Positions 63,948-64,000 of a stretch of DNA of 64,000 bases are shown one piece after another. The stretch lies in contig JAKIWO010000003.1 in NCBI GenBank assembly GCA_022749995.1, positions 9,926 through 73,925 on the forward strand. Direction: 5' to 3'. The stretch is from Thermoplasmata archaeon. GTDB taxonomy: Archaea; Thermoplasmatota; Thermoplasmata; Lutacidiplasmatales; UBA184. Positions within the stretch are counted from its first letter, which is position 1. Every line of letters starts with the position of its first letter. The notes under the pieces are model-generated. The model saw nothing but the letters and a program-made list of their open reading frames with translations, was not told the origin of the DNA and did no database searches. A program made the translations under genes and the position numbers.

Positions 63948-64000
63948 ATGGGTCAGGTCGCGGTGCTGTTCCGGCTGATGCCCGCCGCCGTGGAGACCGA
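63948..64000 (+). CDS. ef1b: Elongation factor 1-beta, 3'-truncated by the window edge
   Basis: MGQVAVLFRLMP matches the aEF-1beta N-terminus; GGAG SD; synteny with DUF1610. Confidence 0.82.
   Translation, partial: MGQVAVLFRLMPAAVET

Noticed and set aside
1-64000. Numerous long overlapping or antisense ORFs in the six-frame track (e.g. 6289-8418, 33910-35805, 48066-50642, 56289-59255)
   Set aside because: They are shadow frames of real genes at high GC: A/R/G/P-rich with no motifs.
1-64000. CRISPR arrays, IS elements/transposases, integrases, rRNA genes
   Set aside because: No regularly spaced repeats, terminal inverted repeats, recombinase motifs or rRNA signatures were seen by eye.

Overview
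A GC-rich (about 70% by eye), gene-dense, mostly housekeeping stretch of an archaeal chromosome. The organism is most likely an uncultured Thermoplasmata; this is inferred from the archaeal r-protein set, a long SecY, a giant AglB, RaSEA, TiaS and DUF835/TPD proteins. Contents in order: 3' end of a classical thiolase; TMEM175; a truncated CysRS paralogue; cbf5-cmk-DUF106-secY and the L3/spc r-protein superoperon (minus strand, 3.2-19.3 kb); ilvA; tRNA-Arg(UCU) with a T-loop intron; an HTH-HMGS-thiolase-DUF35-DUF835-GT4 operon; a PAC2 chaperone; SufS-like; a lone dnaK; citrate synthase; Lsm-RbkR-RaSEA-nadE; a TPD/CDIN1-like nuclease; hisS, htpX, tiaS; a 2-oxoacid:ferredoxin oxidoreductase divergent from a 2-oxoacid-elongation + thiolase/DUF35 operon; a 2203-aa AglB; and the start of aEF-1beta. 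I saw no mobile elements, CRISPR arrays or rRNA genes. Best leads: (1) the OFOR / 2-oxoacid elongation / thiolase-DUF35 locus; (2) the non-canonical 59/60 tRNA intron; (3) a mevalonate-cluster thiolase with both catalytic Cys and His replaced; (4) a ~270-nt structured intergenic RNA candidate; (5) an MshC-like cysteine ligase; (6) probable CTG initiation. All family assignments come from motif recognition by eye; no searches were run.
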